Below are positions 37,678 through 47,940 of a stretch of DNA of 64,000 bases, piece by piece. The stretch is from an uncultured Candidatus Saccharibacteria bacterium (GTDB lineage Bacteria > Patescibacteriota > Minisyncoccia > Phycocordibacterales > JACOZG01): NCBI GenBank assembly GCA_964361825.1, contig CAYICB010000003.1, positions 2,643 to 66,642 on the forward strand, given 5' to 3'. The first letter of the stretch is position 1, and the number at the start of each line of letters is the position of its first letter. The notes under the pieces were generated by a model. It was not told the DNA's origin. It did no database searches and saw only the letters and a list, made by a program, of their open reading frames with translations. The translations under genes were made by a program, and so were the position numbers.

Positions 37678-38505
37678 ATGAAAACTTATCGCCCTACCAC
37701 CAAAAGTCGCCGTCATACTATTACGATCAATTATCGGGCGGTTTTAACGGCGGCTGAACCGCACAAACCCCTCACTTTTGGCCGGAAGCGTTACATGGGT
37801 CGAAACAAGGCTGGCCGCATTACCGTGCGACACAAGGGTGGCGGGTCAAAGCGGTTATATCGAGAAATTGATTTTCGTTACGACAAAATCAATATTCCGG
37901 CGCGAATCGAGACCATTGAGTATGACCCCAATCGTTCTGGTTTTATTGCTTTGGTGCTTTACGCTGATGGTGAGCGGCGTTATGTTTTGGCTCCAAAGGG
38001 TTTAAAAGTGGGCGATTCTTTAATGGCTTCAGCGGAGGCTGATCTGACCACCGGAAATCGTTTACCCTTGGCCAAGATTCCTGTTGGCTCCTTTGTTTAT
38101 AATCTAGAAGTAAAGCCGGGCGGTGGCGCTAAATTGGTGCGTTCGGCCGGTAATTTTGCGCAAGTTCTCTCTAATGATGCGGGCTACACCTTGATTAAGA
38201 TGCCATCGAGCGAAACGCGGAAGATTGATGATCAGGCCTGGGCCTCAATTGGCTCGGTCTCTAATGAAGAAAATAAATTGATTAAGCTTGGTAAAGCTGG
38301 TCGCTCGCGCTGGCTGGGGATTAGGCCAACCGTGCGGGGTAGCGCCATGAATCCGGTCGACCACCCCTATGGTGGTGGTGAGGGTCGCCAAGGTCGAGGG
38401 ACGCGTCGGCCCAAAACGATGTGGGGTAAAATCACTGGTGGTCGGAAGACCCGCCGCCCCAAGAAGTATTCTAACCATTTGATTATTTCTCGCCGTTCTG
38501 GTTAA
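37678..38505 (+). CDS. rplB: 50S ribosomal protein L2
   Basis: L2 motifs (GGG..R, HKGGGSKR). Confidence 0.95.
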   Translation: MKTYRPTTKSRRHTITINYRAVLTAAEPHKPLTFGRKRYMGRNKAGRITVRHKGGGSKRLYREIDFRYDKINIPARIETIEYDPNRSGFIALVLYADGERRYVLAPKGLKVGDSLMASAEADLTTGNRLPLAKIPVGSFVYNLEVKPGGGAKLVRSAGNFAQVLSNDAGYTLIKMPSSETRKIDDQAWASIGSVSNEENKLIKLGKAGRSRWLGIRPTVRGSAMNPVDHPYGGGEGRQGRGTRRPKTMWGKITGGRKTRRPKKYSNHLIISRRSG

Positions 38506-38520
38506 CTCAAGCCCGCCACC

Positions 38521-38883
38521 ATGACAAGATCGCTTAAAAAAGGCCCATTTATTGACCCAAAGCTCCTGAAGAAAATTTCGGGTAAAAAACCGATGGAAGC
38601 GGGGGTGATTAAAACTTGGTCACGAGCCAGTGAGATTAGTCCGGAGATGGTCGGTTTTACCTTCGGTGTGCATAATGGCCGAGATCATGTGCCGGTGTTG
38701 GTGGCGGAAGAAATGGTCGGACATCGTTTGGGAGAGTTTAGTCCAACCCGGAAGTTTATTCGCCATGGCGGTAAGATGCAGAAAGAAATGGAGCAGAAGA
38801 AAAAAGAAGCCGAGATTGCGGCAGCTAAGGCCGCCAAAGAGCCGGCCGCCGCGACTGGTGCCGCCACGGCCCCTAAAAAATAA
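38521..38883 (+). CDS. rpsS: 30S ribosomal protein S19 with Ala/Lys-rich C-terminal extension
   Basis: S19 core ([15 protein letters not shown]). Confidence 0.9.
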   Translation: MTRSLKKGPFIDPKLLKKISGKKPMEAGVIKTWSRASEISPEMVGFTFGVHNGRDHVPVLVAEEMVGHRLGEFSPTRKFIRHGGKMQKEMEQKKKEAEIAAAKAAKEPAAATGAATAPKK

Positions 38884-38898
38884 TTAATTAGAAAAAAC

Positions 38899-39240
38899 AT
38901 GAAAGCTGCCCTTTATCGTTATCGTCAATCACCACGCAAGGTTCGTTTGGTGGCTAATTTGGTGGCCGGAAAAAGGGTGGCTGAGGCGCTAAAGCAACTT
39001 GAGTTTTTGCCCAAGAGAGCGGCTTTGCCTCTGGCTAAATTAATTAAGTCGGCCGTGGCGAATGCGGTTAATAATTTAAAAATGAGCGCCGATCACCTGA
39101 TCGTTAAGAACTTAACGGTCGATAAGGATGTGGTCTTAAAGCGTTTTCGACCTCGAGCGCGAGGTTCGGCCAGCAGAATCAATAAACGCACCAGTCAGGT
39201 GCGAGTGATTTTGGCCGAACAGGTGACGAATAAAAAATAA
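38899..39240 (+). CDS. rplV: 50S ribosomal protein L22
   Basis: L22 family, operon position. Confidence 0.9.
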   Translation: MKAALYRYRQSPRKVRLVANLVAGKRVAEALKQLEFLPKRAALPLAKLIKSAVANAVNNLKMSADHLIVKNLTVDKDVVLKRFRPRARGSASRINKRTSQVRVILAEQVTNKK

Positions 39241-39241
39241 T

Positions 39242-39907
39242 ATGACGCATAAAGTTCATCCTTACGCTCATCGTTTAGGCCTGCTCACTGATTGGCGGTC
39301 GCGCTGGTTTGGCGGCCGAGACAATTATCAGGCCTTTTTGCGCACCGATGTGTTGGTGCGAGAATTTTTAGAAAAGAAATTGCGCGGTTTTTATGTGAGC
39401 GCGGTAGAGATGGAGCGCGGGGCTAATTATTGGCGAGTAATTATTAAAACTTCTCGACCGGGAATGGTTATTGGTCGTTCGGGTGAGGGGGCCACGAAAT
39501 TGCGCCAAGAGGTTTTGGCCTATGCCAAAAAAATCGAAGGGGTTATCCCGCGTGATTTCAAAATTGATATTGAGGAAGTAAAAAACCCTGATGCCGATGC
39601 CGCTATCGTGGCCTTCAATGTGGCTGAAGGTTTGGAGAAGCGTTTGCCCTTTCGCCGAGTGCTAAAGCAAACGACCGAGAAGGTTCTGGCCGCGCGCGGG
39701 GTGGACGGGGTGAGAATTGATGTTTCTGGCCGCTTGGGTGGCGCAGAGATTGCGCGTAAAGAAAGTTTGAAAAAGGGTCGCTTGCCGTTGCAAACTTTGC
39801 GCGCCAATATCGATTTTGCGCGCGAGAAAGCCTACCTTTCTTACGGAGTAATTGGGGTCAAGGTGTGGATTTATAAGGGGCAAGTTTTTGACGAAATTAA
39901 AAAATAA
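39242..39907 (+). CDS. rpsC: 30S ribosomal protein S3
   Basis: KH domain and S3 C-terminal domain. Confidence 0.92.
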   Translation: MTHKVHPYAHRLGLLTDWRSRWFGGRDNYQAFLRTDVLVREFLEKKLRGFYVSAVEMERGANYWRVIIKTSRPGMVIGRSGEGATKLRQEVLAYAKKIEGVIPRDFKIDIEEVKNPDADAAIVAFNVAEGLEKRLPFRRVLKQTTEKVLAARGVDGVRIDVSGRLGGAEIARKESLKKGRLPLQTLRANIDFAREKAYLSYGVIGVKVWIYKGQVFDEIKK

Positions 39908-39910
39908 ACC

Positions 39911-40327
39911 ATGTTGCTCCCGAAAAAAGTAAAATATCGCAAATGGCATACCATGCGGCGCAACCCCAAAAAGGTGATGGTGGAGACACGCGGCCTAACC
40001 TTAGCCTTCGGTTCTCATGGGTTAAAAGCTGAAACTGTTGGTCGGGTGCGCTCGAATCAAATTGAGTCGGCGCGTAAAGTGATTGTGCGCGAAATTAAGA
40101 AAGGCGGAAAACTTTGGATTAGAATTTTCCCCGATAAACCCTACACGGCTAAACCCGCCGAAGTGGGTATGGGTAAAGGTAAGGGTGATCCACAGGGTTA
40201 TGAGTTTGAAGTCAAACCCGGTCGAGTTATCTTTGAGCTTGATGGTTTGCCCGATGAACAAGCAAAAGATGTTTTGCGCCAAGCGGGCAGCAAATTACCC
40301 CTTAAAACCAGAGTGATTAGTCGATAA
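39911..40327 (+). CDS. rplP: 50S ribosomal protein L16
   Basis: L16 family sequence. Confidence 0.95.
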   Translation: MLLPKKVKYRKWHTMRRNPKKVMVETRGLTLAFGSHGLKAETVGRVRSNQIESARKVIVREIKKGGKLWIRIFPDKPYTAKPAEVGMGKGKGDPQGYEFEVKPGRVIFELDGLPDEQAKDVLRQAGSKLPLKTRVISR

Positions 40328-40331
40328 AAAC

Positions 40332-40526
40332 ATGGCCAAAGATAAAACAAAAATTTGGATTGATAAGAACCCGAGTGATTTGAAAAAACTCGTGACGGAG
40401 CGGGTGGCTAAATTACGCACCTTTCGCTTTAGTGTGGCCGGAAGCAAAATTACCAATGTGAAGGAGGGGAAAAAATTGCGTCGAGAAATTGCCCAGGTTC
40501 TTACGGCACTACGAAACACTAAATAA
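40332..40526 (+). CDS. rpmC: 50S ribosomal protein L29
   Basis: 64 aa, operon position. Confidence 0.85.
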   Translation: MAKDKTKIWIDKNPSDLKKLVTERVAKLRTFRFSVAGSKITNVKEGKKLRREIAQVLTALRNTK

Positions 40527-40527
40527 T

Positions 40528-40752
40528 ATGACCAAAGGTAAAATGTTGACGGGGGTAATCGTTTCGACCAAAATGGCCAAAACCGCGGTGGTGGAAGTTT
40601 CGCGATTGGTTAAACATCCTAAATATGGTAAGTTCTTGCGGCGGAGCAAGCGCTATTTGGCCCACGATGAGGCTGGGCACCAAACGGGCGAGAAAGTTAC
40701 CATCGTCGAAACCGCCCCGCTCTCTAAACGCAAACACTTTCGAGTAGTGTAA
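40528..40752 (+). CDS. rpsQ: 30S ribosomal protein S17
   Basis: S17 motif GVVVS.KM.KT; start set at ATG after rpmC stop. Confidence 0.9.
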   Translation: MTKGKMLTGVIVSTKMAKTAVVEVSRLVKHPKYGKFLRRSKRYLAHDEAGHQTGEKVTIVETAPLSKRKHFRVV

Positions 40753-40768
40753 ATTATTTAATAAAACC

Positions 40769-41140
40769 ATGATTCAACCGCGTTCGATTGTGAAGATTGC
40801 TGATAATACCGGAGCTAAGCTTGGGCGCGTGTTTAAGGTGCTTGGCGGTTCTAAACGGCGCTATGCTCGGCTTGGTGATTTGGTGGTGATCTCGATCCAA
40901 ACCGCCGAACCGCAAAAAGCGGTTAAGAAAAAAGAAGTTTGCCGCGCGGTGGTGGTGCGCAGTCGCGAGGCGCATCGTCGGGCTGATGGTTCTTATGTTC
41001 GCTTTGATGAAAATGCTGTGGTGCTTTTAGAAAAAGATAAACCAGAGCCACGCGGGGGGCGTATTTTCGGACCAATTCCGCGCGAAATTGCTGATCTTGG
41101 CTATCAGAAAATTGTTTCTTTAGCGCCAGAAATTGTTTAA
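40769..41140 (+). CDS. rplN: 50S ribosomal protein L14
   Basis: MIQ..S.L.VADNSGA-type N-terminus. Confidence 0.95.
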   Translation: MIQPRSIVKIADNTGAKLGRVFKVLGGSKRRYARLGDLVVISIQTAEPQKAVKKKEVCRAVVVRSREAHRRADGSYVRFDENAVVLLEKDKPEPRGGRIFGPIPREIADLGYQKIVSLAPEIV

Positions 41141-41145
41141 GAATC

Positions 41146-41454
41146 ATGATGAAACTCAAGAAAAACGATGAGGTGGTGGTGATGACGGGCAAAGATCGCA
41201 CTAAGCGGGGTAAGATTTTGCGCGTTTTGCCCAAAGAGTATCGGTTGGTGGTAGAGGGGGTAAATGTGCGTAAGGTGAGAGAACGAGCGCGTAAGGCTGG
41301 CGCCAAGGGTCAAGTGATTGAGCGACCTTCTCCGGTGGCCATTTCTAATGTTTTGCTTTATTGTGCCGCTTGTAAAAAGGGGGTGCGCGTGGGGAGTAAA
41401 TTACTTAAAACCAAGAAGGTGAGAATTTGTAAACAGTGTGAGAAAGAAATTTAA
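41146..41454 (+). CDS. rplX: 50S ribosomal protein L24
   Basis: KOW motif (KKNDEVVVMTGKD). Confidence 0.9.
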   Translation: MMKLKKNDEVVVMTGKDRTKRGKILRVLPKEYRLVVEGVNVRKVRERARKAGAKGQVIERPSPVAISNVLLYCAACKKGVRVGSKLLKTKKVRICKQCEKEI

Positions 41455-41459
41455 AAAAC

Positions 41460-41993
41460 ATGATTCCGGTTAAAGAAAAATTAAAACAAGCTCGACCGGC
41501 GCTTAAAGAGGCGCTAAAAATTACTAATGATCTAGCCGCTCCGCGGCTTCTAAAGGTGGTTTTGAGTTCTGGTACGGGTAAGGCTAAAGATAAGAAGCGT
41601 AATGAGCTAGTGGCGAATCGTCTGGCCAAAATTACAGGGCAAAAAGCCTCACCCCGAGGAGCAAAAAAGGCTATTGCCTCGTTTAAAACTCGTCAGGGTG
41701 ATGTGGTTGGTTTTGCGGTGACTTTGCGGGGTGAGCGAATGTATCACTTTTTAGACCGTTTGCTTAATGTGGCTGTGCCTCGGATTCGCGATTTTCGTGG
41801 TTTTGATGATAAAAGCGTGGATGAGATTGGCAACTTGACCATTGGAATTCGCGAGCACACCGTTTTTCCTGAAACCGCTGATGAAGATCTCAAAGATGTG
41901 TTTGGTTTTGCGGTGACGATTGCCACTACAGCCAAGAATCGCGCCGAGGCCCTCGCCCTCTTTCGTGGCATCGGCTTTCCATTTAAGAAGTAA
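41460..41993 (+). CDS. rplE: 50S ribosomal protein L5
   Basis: L5 family sequence. Confidence 0.95.
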   Translation: MIPVKEKLKQARPALKEALKITNDLAAPRLLKVVLSSGTGKAKDKKRNELVANRLAKITGQKASPRGAKKAIASFKTRQGDVVGFAVTLRGERMYHFLDRLLNVAVPRIRDFRGFDDKSVDEIGNLTIGIREHTVFPETADEDLKDVFGFAVTIATTAKNRAEALALFRGIGFPFKK

Positions 41994-42046
41994 GAGCCCC
42001 GATTGACTTAAGGTTGGGCTCTTGCTAGCATGGTGACGCTTTCTTT

Positions 42047-42232
42047 ATGGCAAAAACATCAGTCATTGCGAGGGCAAAAAAGCCCCCGAAGTTTAGTACT
42101 CGCCTCGTGCGGCGCTGTTTTCGTTGTGGTCGTAAGCGGGCCTTTATGCGCTCTTTCGAGCTATGCCGAATTTGTTTTCGGGAGCTAGCTAATGAGGGCA
42201 AGATTCCCGGGGTAAAGAAATCTTCTTGGTAA
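42047..42232 (+). CDS. rpsZ: 30S ribosomal protein S14 type Z (zinc-binding)
   Basis: 61 aa, CxxC..CxxC. Confidence 0.9.
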   Translation: MAKTSVIARAKKPPKFSTRLVRRCFRCGRKRAFMRSFELCRICFRELANEGKIPGVKKSSW

Positions 42233-42233
42233 T

Positions 42234-42626
42234 ATGAACACCGATCCCATTGCTGATTTTCTAATTCGTCTACAAAATGCCGCCGGCGCTGGTAAGGTGG
42301 CGGTAGATGTGCCGTTTTCTAATTTTAAATTAGCGATTGCTAAGTTGTTAGAAGAAAATAATTATCTCAAAATTGTGCCGGCCAAGAGTAAGACCGGCCG
42401 CAAGATTTTGCATCTGGAATTAGTCAAAGATGGTTCACGCTTTAAGTTGCAAGGCGTGGAGCGGTTATCTAAGGTTTCTCGTCGGGTGTATGAACCGGCG
42501 AGCAATCTCCGTTTGGTCAAACGCGGCCACGGCCTCTTGGTGGTCTCCACCTCGCAAGGTTTGATGACCGGCACCAAGGCGCGTCAAGCCGGTTTGGGTG
42601 GCGAGCTTTTATTTAAAATTTGGTAA
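42234..42626 (+). CDS. rpsH: 30S ribosomal protein S8
   Basis: S8 family, operon position. Confidence 0.9.
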   Translation: MNTDPIADFLIRLQNAAGAGKVAVDVPFSNFKLAIAKLLEENNYLKIVPAKSKTGRKILHLELVKDGSRFKLQGVERLSKVSRRVYEPASNLRLVKRGHGLLVVSTSQGLMTGTKARQAGLGGELLFKIW

Positions 42627-42627
42627 T

Positions 42628-43164
42628 ATGTCACGCCTAGTTAAAAAACCGATTAGTTTGCCACCTAAGGTTGAGTTTAGCCAAAATGGTGAGACGATAA
42701 CTGTTAAGGGGCCGCTCGGCACGCTTAGTCGTGATTTTAGGAATTTGATTGATTTTGCTCTCGAGGAGGGTGGAGTTAAACTAAGTGCCAAGCGGGAGAC
42801 CTTGGAAACAAAAACTCTTTTGGGTACATATGCTTCGCACCTCAAAAATATGGTTTTGGGTGTCAGTCAAGGTTTTACCAAAAAGTTAATTTTGGAAGGG
42901 GTGGGCTTTAAGGCCAATGTGGCTGGTAATAAACTCGCGCTTAGTTTAGGCTTTTCTCATCCGGTAGAAGTGGCAATTCCGGCCGAGCTTAAAGTGACGA
43001 GCGAAAAGAATTTGGTGACGGTCACGGGAAACAATAAGGAGACGGTCGGCCAATTTTCGGCCAACCTTCGGTCTCTGAAGAAGCCGGAACCGTATAAAGG
43101 CAAAGGCTTTCGTTATGAGGGTGAGGTCATTTCTCGCAAACAGGGTAAGAAGGTGGTCGCTTAA
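42628..43164 (+). CDS. rplF: 50S ribosomal protein L6
   Basis: two L6 repeats; start set at ATG after rpsH stop. Confidence 0.9.
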   Translation: MSRLVKKPISLPPKVEFSQNGETITVKGPLGTLSRDFRNLIDFALEEGGVKLSAKRETLETKTLLGTYASHLKNMVLGVSQGFTKKLILEGVGFKANVAGNKLALSLGFSHPVEVAIPAELKVTSEKNLVTVTGNNKETVGQFSANLRSLKKPEPYKGKGFRYEGEVISRKQGKKVVA

Positions 43165-43166
43165 AC

Positions 43167-43547
43167 ATGCTTAAACTTAAAACCAAAAACGATCAGCGCC
43201 AGCATCGACACCGCAAAATTCGGACCAAAATTAGCGGGGATGAAACACGGCCACGGTTGGCAGTTTTCCGGTCTAATCGGCATATTTATGCTCAACTCAT
43301 CAATGACCAAGTGGGTAAAACCTTGCTGGCCGCGAGTGATGCTGATATTAAGGGTCTAAAGCGTGATGGTGAAGCGGCTAAGCTTTTGCCCAAACAGGGC
43401 GATGCCTTTTTGGTGGGGCAATTGCTGGCCACTAAGGCTTTGGGTTTGCGCGTTAAAGACATTTCTTTTGATCGGGGGGGCTACCTTTTTAGTGGTCGAG
43501 TGAAGGCGCTGGCTTTGGGCGCGCGCGCTGGAGGACTTAATTTTTAA
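43167..43547 (+). CDS. rplR: 50S ribosomal protein L18
   Basis: L18 family sequence. Confidence 0.9.
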   Translation: MLKLKTKNDQRQHRHRKIRTKISGDETRPRLAVFRSNRHIYAQLINDQVGKTLLAASDADIKGLKRDGEAAKLLPKQGDAFLVGQLLATKALGLRVKDISFDRGGYLFSGRVKALALGARAGGLNF

Positions 43548-43554
43548 AATATTT

Positions 43555-44040
43555 ATGGCTAGACCAGAACATCAACATCGCGGCCGCGGCGGACGACAAA
43601 CCGAAAAGCCGGAATTTGACCAAAAAACGATTACGATTCGTCGGGTAACTCGGGTGGTTAAAGGTGGGCGCCGGTTTAGCTTCTCGGCAGTGATTGCCGC
43701 GGGCGATCGCCTTGGTCGGGTGGGTCTTGGGGTCGGCAAAGCGGCTGATGTCTCGCTTGCGATTGAGAAAGGCTTCAAAGATGCACGTAAACACATGTTT
43801 AAATTGGCGCTAACCAAAGATTCTTCTTTGCCTTACGATGTTTCGGCCAAGTTTTCTAGTTCACAAGTACGCTTGGCGCCGGCGCCCGGCCGGGGTTTAT
43901 CGGCCGGTTCCGCTGCCCGAATTATTTTAGAACTGGCGGGCGTGCGTAATGTTTCGGCCAAATTTATTTCGCGTAGTAAAAATAAGCTCAATAATGCTCG
44001 AGCGGCCATGAAGGCGTTGGAGCATTTTGTCCAAAAATAA
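43555..44040 (+). CDS. rpsE: 30S ribosomal protein S5
   Basis: dsRBD-like N-domain and S5 C-domain. Confidence 0.92.
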   Translation: MARPEHQHRGRGGRQTEKPEFDQKTITIRRVTRVVKGGRRFSFSAVIAAGDRLGRVGLGVGKAADVSLAIEKGFKDARKHMFKLALTKDSSLPYDVSAKFSSSQVRLAPAPGRGLSAGSAARIILELAGVRNVSAKFISRSKNKLNNARAAMKALEHFVQK

Positions 44041-44473
44041 TATGCAACTTCAAGATTTAAAACCTCAACACTCGTGGGCAAAGAAGAAAACGGTGGGTCG
44101 GGGCGGTAAACGCGGGACCACGGCCGGTCGCGGTACTAAGGGGCAAAAGGCGCGTGCTGGTCATCGGATGCGCCCAGAATTGCGTGATATTATTAAAAAA
44201 TTACCCAAGCAGAGAGGTTATCACTTTAGTTCGATAAATACGCGACCGGCGGTGGTAGATTTGGCGGTGATTGCTAGCAAGTTTACCGCTGGAGAAATAA
44301 TTTCCCCCAAAACCCTAGTGGCTAAGGGTTTGGCCAAGATGGTTGGCGGTTATTTACCTAAGATTAAGATTTTGGGGACAGCTGAACTCAAGACTAAACT
44401 GATCATCAATGATTGCCTCTTTTCGAGCGGGGCGCGCGAGGTGGTGCAAGCGGCTGGCGGCACGATTAAATGA
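44027..44473 (+). CDS. rplO: 50S ribosomal protein L15 (directly after S5; no L30 gene)
   Basis: Gly/Arg-rich N-terminus typical of L15. Confidence 0.9.
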   Translation: MSKNNMQLQDLKPQHSWAKKKTVGRGGKRGTTAGRGTKGQKARAGHRMRPELRDIIKKLPKQRGYHFSSINTRPAVVDLAVIASKFTAGEIISPKTLVAKGLAKMVGGYLPKIKILGTAELKTKLIINDCLFSSGAREVVQAAGGTIK

Positions 44474-45741
44474 ATAATTTTCTCCACAAACTAAAAGTAA
44501 TTTGGAGTGATCGGAGTTTGCGACGCAAAGTGTTGTTTTTGGTTTTGGCCCTAATTCTTTTCCGTTTAGGGGCGGCGGTGCCGATCCCCGGAGTTAATCA
44601 TGAGGTGCTAAATCGTTTTTTGGCGAGCAATCAATTTTTCGGTTTGCTCAATATCTTTTCTGGTGGCGGCCTTTCTAATTTGTCGGTGGTGATGCTAGGG
44701 GTTGGTCCATTTATTACCGCTTCCATTATCATGCAGTTGCTCACCATTATGGTGCCGGCGCTTAAGGAGCTTTATCATGAGTCGGGGGAGTTGGGCCGCC
44801 GGAAATTTGCCCAATACTCACGCGTGCTTACGGTACCGCTTGCCATGTTGCAAGGTTTTAGTTTGCTAATTTTACTCGAGCGGCAAGGAGCGCTTTTGCC
44901 CTTATCCATTTTTGATCGCTTGACCAATGTTTTGGTAGTAACCGCCGGATCAATCATTTTAATGTGGCTTGGTGAGTTGATTAGCGAATATGGTATTGGT
45001 AATGGGACTTCGCTCCTGATTTTTGCCGGTATTGTGGCGGGGATTCCTTCCCAGTTGAGTCAGGTGATTGTGAACTTTGAGCCGGCGCAAGTGCCAATTT
45101 ATTTGGCCTTTGTACTGGTGGCGATTATTACGATTGCGGGAGTGGTGGTGGTCACCGAGGCTGAGCGCCCGGTGCCGATTACTTATGCTAAGCAGGTGCG
45201 GGGCAATAAGGTGTATGGCGGTGTTTCCACTTATTTACCCTTGCGGCTTAATCAGTCGGGAGTGATGCCGATTATTTTTGCCTTATCACTTCTTTTGTTT
45301 CCGCAAATGATTGCCCAGTTTTTAACCAATGTTTCTAGTGATTTGGTGCGGGCCATGGCGAGCTTAATTTTAGAATTGCTCAATAATCAGTGGGTTTACG
45401 GCGTGTCTTACTTTGTGTTGATCTTTTTGTTTACTTATTTTTATTCAGCGATCACTTTTGACCCAGAAGCGATTGCGAATAATTTGCAAAAAGGAGGCGC
45501 TTTTATCCCCGGCGTTCGACCCGGCATACCCACGCGCGACCACCTTAATCGCACGGTTAATCGTTTAACCTTGGTGGGAGCAATGTTTTTGGGGGTGGTA
45601 GCGATTTTACCTCTAATTATGCGCGCGGTCACGGGGATGCAGTCTCTCGCGATTGGTGGCACCGCCCTTTTGATTGTGGTCTCGGTGTCGCTTGATCTGA
45701 TGAAGCAACTTGATGCCCAAACCACCATGCGGGAGTATTAG
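44470..45741 (+). CDS. secY: preprotein translocase subunit SecY
   Basis: 10 TM segments, SecY motifs. Confidence 0.95.
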   Translation: MNNFLHKLKVIWSDRSLRRKVLFLVLALILFRLGAAVPIPGVNHEVLNRFLASNQFFGLLNIFSGGGLSNLSVVMLGVGPFITASIIMQLLTIMVPALKELYHESGELGRRKFAQYSRVLTVPLAMLQGFSLLILLERQGALLPLSIFDRLTNVLVVTAGSIILMWLGELISEYGIGNGTSLLIFAGIVAGIPSQLSQVIVNFEPAQVPIYLAFVLVAIITIAGVVVVTEAERPVPITYAKQVRGNKVYGGVSTYLPLRLNQSGVMPIIFALSLLLFPQMIAQFLTNVSSDLVRAMASLILELLNNQWVYGVSYFVLIFLFTYFYSAITFDPEAIANNLQKGGAFIPGVRPGIPTRDHLNRTVNRLTLVGAMFLGVVAILPLIMRAVTGMQSLAIGGTALLIVVSVSLDLMKQLDAQTTMREY

Positions 45742-45763
45742 TTTGTGTTAAAATAGGCTTACT

Positions 45764-45955
45764 ATGTCACAAATTGTTTTTAACCCCGACGACAGAGAGT
45801 ATCGTCGGGCGGGGCGCGGTGTTGGGCGGGGCGGTTTGGTGGGGCTAGTGATGCGCTTGGGGGCGCGGAGCGAAGCGTCCGCCAATTTTATTTTATTAGT
45901 TTCAGCGCTAGCCATCTTCGTTTTAGCCGGTATTATTTTCTTTTTTAATTCATGA
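45764..45955 (+). CDS. small Arg/Gly-rich membrane protein, hypothetical
   Basis: 63-aa ORF with C-terminal TM helix between secY and adk. Confidence 0.3.
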   Translation: MSQIVFNPDDREYRRAGRGVGRGGLVGLVMRLGARSEASANFILLVSALAIFVLAGIIFFFNS

Positions 45956-46563
45956 ATCAACCAGAAAATAAGTTTCAAGCTTTTATCTTGATGGGTCGAT
46001 CGGCGTCGGGTAAAGGGACACAAGCCGTGCTCCTTCGAGATTTTTTAAAACAGCGCGAGACTTCTACCCCTGACCCTGTTCTCTATATTGAAACCGGGGC
46101 AAATTTCCGTGAATATATCAAAGCCGATAATTACTCTAGTGGTATTTCACGCCAGATTATGACCGATAGTGGTCTCCAGCCAGCCTTTTTGGCTAATTGG
46201 TTGTGGGCTGATCTTTTGATCAAAAATTATCGCGGTGAGCAACATTGGGTGGTGGACGGCACGCCACGCACTTTGGCCGAGGCTTTAACCTTCGACTCTG
46301 CCCTCAAGTTTTATGGTTTTAAACGACCAACGGTGGTCTTGCTCGATATTCCCAACGATATCGCCCATGATCGCTTGCTAAAGCGGGGTCGTTTTGATGA
46401 TTTGCAACACGAGGGTAATGAAAAGAGGTTGGCTTGGTTTGAGACTGAAGTAATGCTTGCTGTCGACCTTTTTCGTCAGCATCAGGAATATTATCGTTTT
46501 GTAACCCTAGATGGCACGGCGGGTATTGAGGTAATCCATAAACAAATTTTGGCTTTGGTATGA
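45952..46563 (+). CDS. adk: adenylate kinase (short-LID type)
   Basis: P-loop GRSASGKGTQA, DGTPRTLAEA (DGFPR motif), R..RGRFDD. Confidence 0.8.
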   Translation: MNQPENKFQAFILMGRSASGKGTQAVLLRDFLKQRETSTPDPVLYIETGANFREYIKADNYSSGISRQIMTDSGLQPAFLANWLWADLLIKNYRGEQHWVVDGTPRTLAEALTFDSALKFYGFKRPTVVLLDIPNDIAHDRLLKRGRFDDLQHEGNEKRLAWFETEVMLAVDLFRQHQEYYRFVTLDGTAGIEVIHKQILALV

Positions 46564-47321
46564 CGATTAAAAGTCCAGAAGAGATTGCGCTTTTGCGTTT
46601 GGGTGGTCAGCATTTATCACGGATTTTGGCTCAAGTGGCAGAAGCTACTAAGGCGGGGGTAACCACCGGCGAGCTTGATTTGTTGGCCCGGGATTTAATT
46701 AAACAGGCTGGCGCCTACCCCGCTTTTTTGGGTTATGCCCCAGAGGGAGGCAAAACTTATCCAGCAGCCCTTTGTGTTTCAATTAACGAGGAGGTTGTGC
46801 ATGGCTTGCCGGGCAAAAGGAAAATTGCTAATGGTGAGGTGGTCAGTCTCGACCTGGGTTTGCGTTATGAGGGCTTGTATACCGATATGGCCACTACCAT
46901 AATTGTGGGCGAGGTGGCGGCGGCAGTAAAAAATTTGGTAGCAAAGACCAAAGAGGCTTTACTCGCTGGCGTGGCCACGGTAAAACCGGGGACCACCTTG
47001 GGTGATATTGGCGCGGCGGTGGCGCGAGTGGCCGAGCGAGAAAAACTGGCGATTATTCGCGAGCTTGGTGGTCACGGAGTGGGTTATGCGGTGCATGAAG
47101 AGCCGCTAATTCCTAATTATGGCACTCCGGGTAAGGGGCCCAAGCTTATTGCTGGAGTGGTGATTGCTATTGAGCCGATGTTGGCGCTGGGTAAGGGTAA
47201 AGCCAAATTGGCCCCAGACGGTTTTACTTATATCACTCGCGATGGTGGCCTCGCCGCCCACTTTGAAGCCACGGTGGTGGTGACCGAAACCGGAGTTGAA
47301 GTTTTAACAGCAATAATTTAG
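46560..47321 (+). CDS. map: type I methionine aminopeptidase
   Basis: metal ligand pattern D..D..H..E..E. Confidence 0.9.
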   Translation: MTIKSPEEIALLRLGGQHLSRILAQVAEATKAGVTTGELDLLARDLIKQAGAYPAFLGYAPEGGKTYPAALCVSINEEVVHGLPGKRKIANGEVVSLDLGLRYEGLYTDMATTIIVGEVAAAVKNLVAKTKEALLAGVATVKPGTTLGDIGAAVARVAEREKLAIIRELGGHGVGYAVHEEPLIPNYGTPGKGPKLIAGVVIAIEPMLALGKGKAKLAPDGFTYITRDGGLAAHFEATVVVTETGVEVLTAII

Positions 47322-47331
47322 ATTTAGAGAT

Positions 47332-47916
47332 ATGATCCACCCAAAAGAGGAAAAGACATTTTTGATGGTTAAGCCGGACGGCGTGCGTAAGGGGTTGATT
47401 GGCGAGATTATTAAGCGTTTAGAACAGCGCGATTTGAAAATTGTAGCCTTGGAAATGTTCCAAGCCACTAAAGCCCAGGTTGATGGCCACTATCCTAAGG
47501 ATGAAAAGTGGATTCGGCGTTTGGGCGAGAAAACCCTCGCGACTTATGAGAAGTATGGCTATGATCCCAAAAAAGAAATTGGGACTACCGATCTAATGAA
47601 AATTGGGAAAAATGTGCGGGGCTGGTTAATTGATTTTATGGTTAGTGCGCCCATGGTTAGAATGGTGGTGCAGGGGGTGCACGCGGTAGATATGGTCAGA
47701 AAAATTGTGGGACCGACTCTGCCTTATTTAGCTGATATGGGAACCATTCGCGGTGATTTTTCGGCGGATTCACCCGCTTTGGCTAATAAAGAAAAGCGCG
47801 CGGTGGCCAATTTGGTCCACGCTTCAGAAACGGCCGAAGAAGCGGCTCACGAAATTAAGTTTTGGTTCAAGGATCAAGCCGTTTTTACTTACAAAAGATT
47901 TGGGGTTGATGAGTAG
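47332..47916 (+). CDS. ndk: nucleoside diphosphate kinase (with ~45-aa insertion)
   Basis: ERTFIMVKPDGV-like N-terminus, NLVHASET (active-site His). Confidence 0.85.
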   Translation: MIHPKEEKTFLMVKPDGVRKGLIGEIIKRLEQRDLKIVALEMFQATKAQVDGHYPKDEKWIRRLGEKTLATYEKYGYDPKKEIGTTDLMKIGKNVRGWLIDFMVSAPMVRMVVQGVHAVDMVRKIVGPTLPYLADMGTIRGDFSADSPALANKEKRAVANLVHASETAEEAAHEIKFWFKDQAVFTYKRFGVDE

Positions 47917-47940
47917 TGAAATACGGTGTACGCTAAATAG

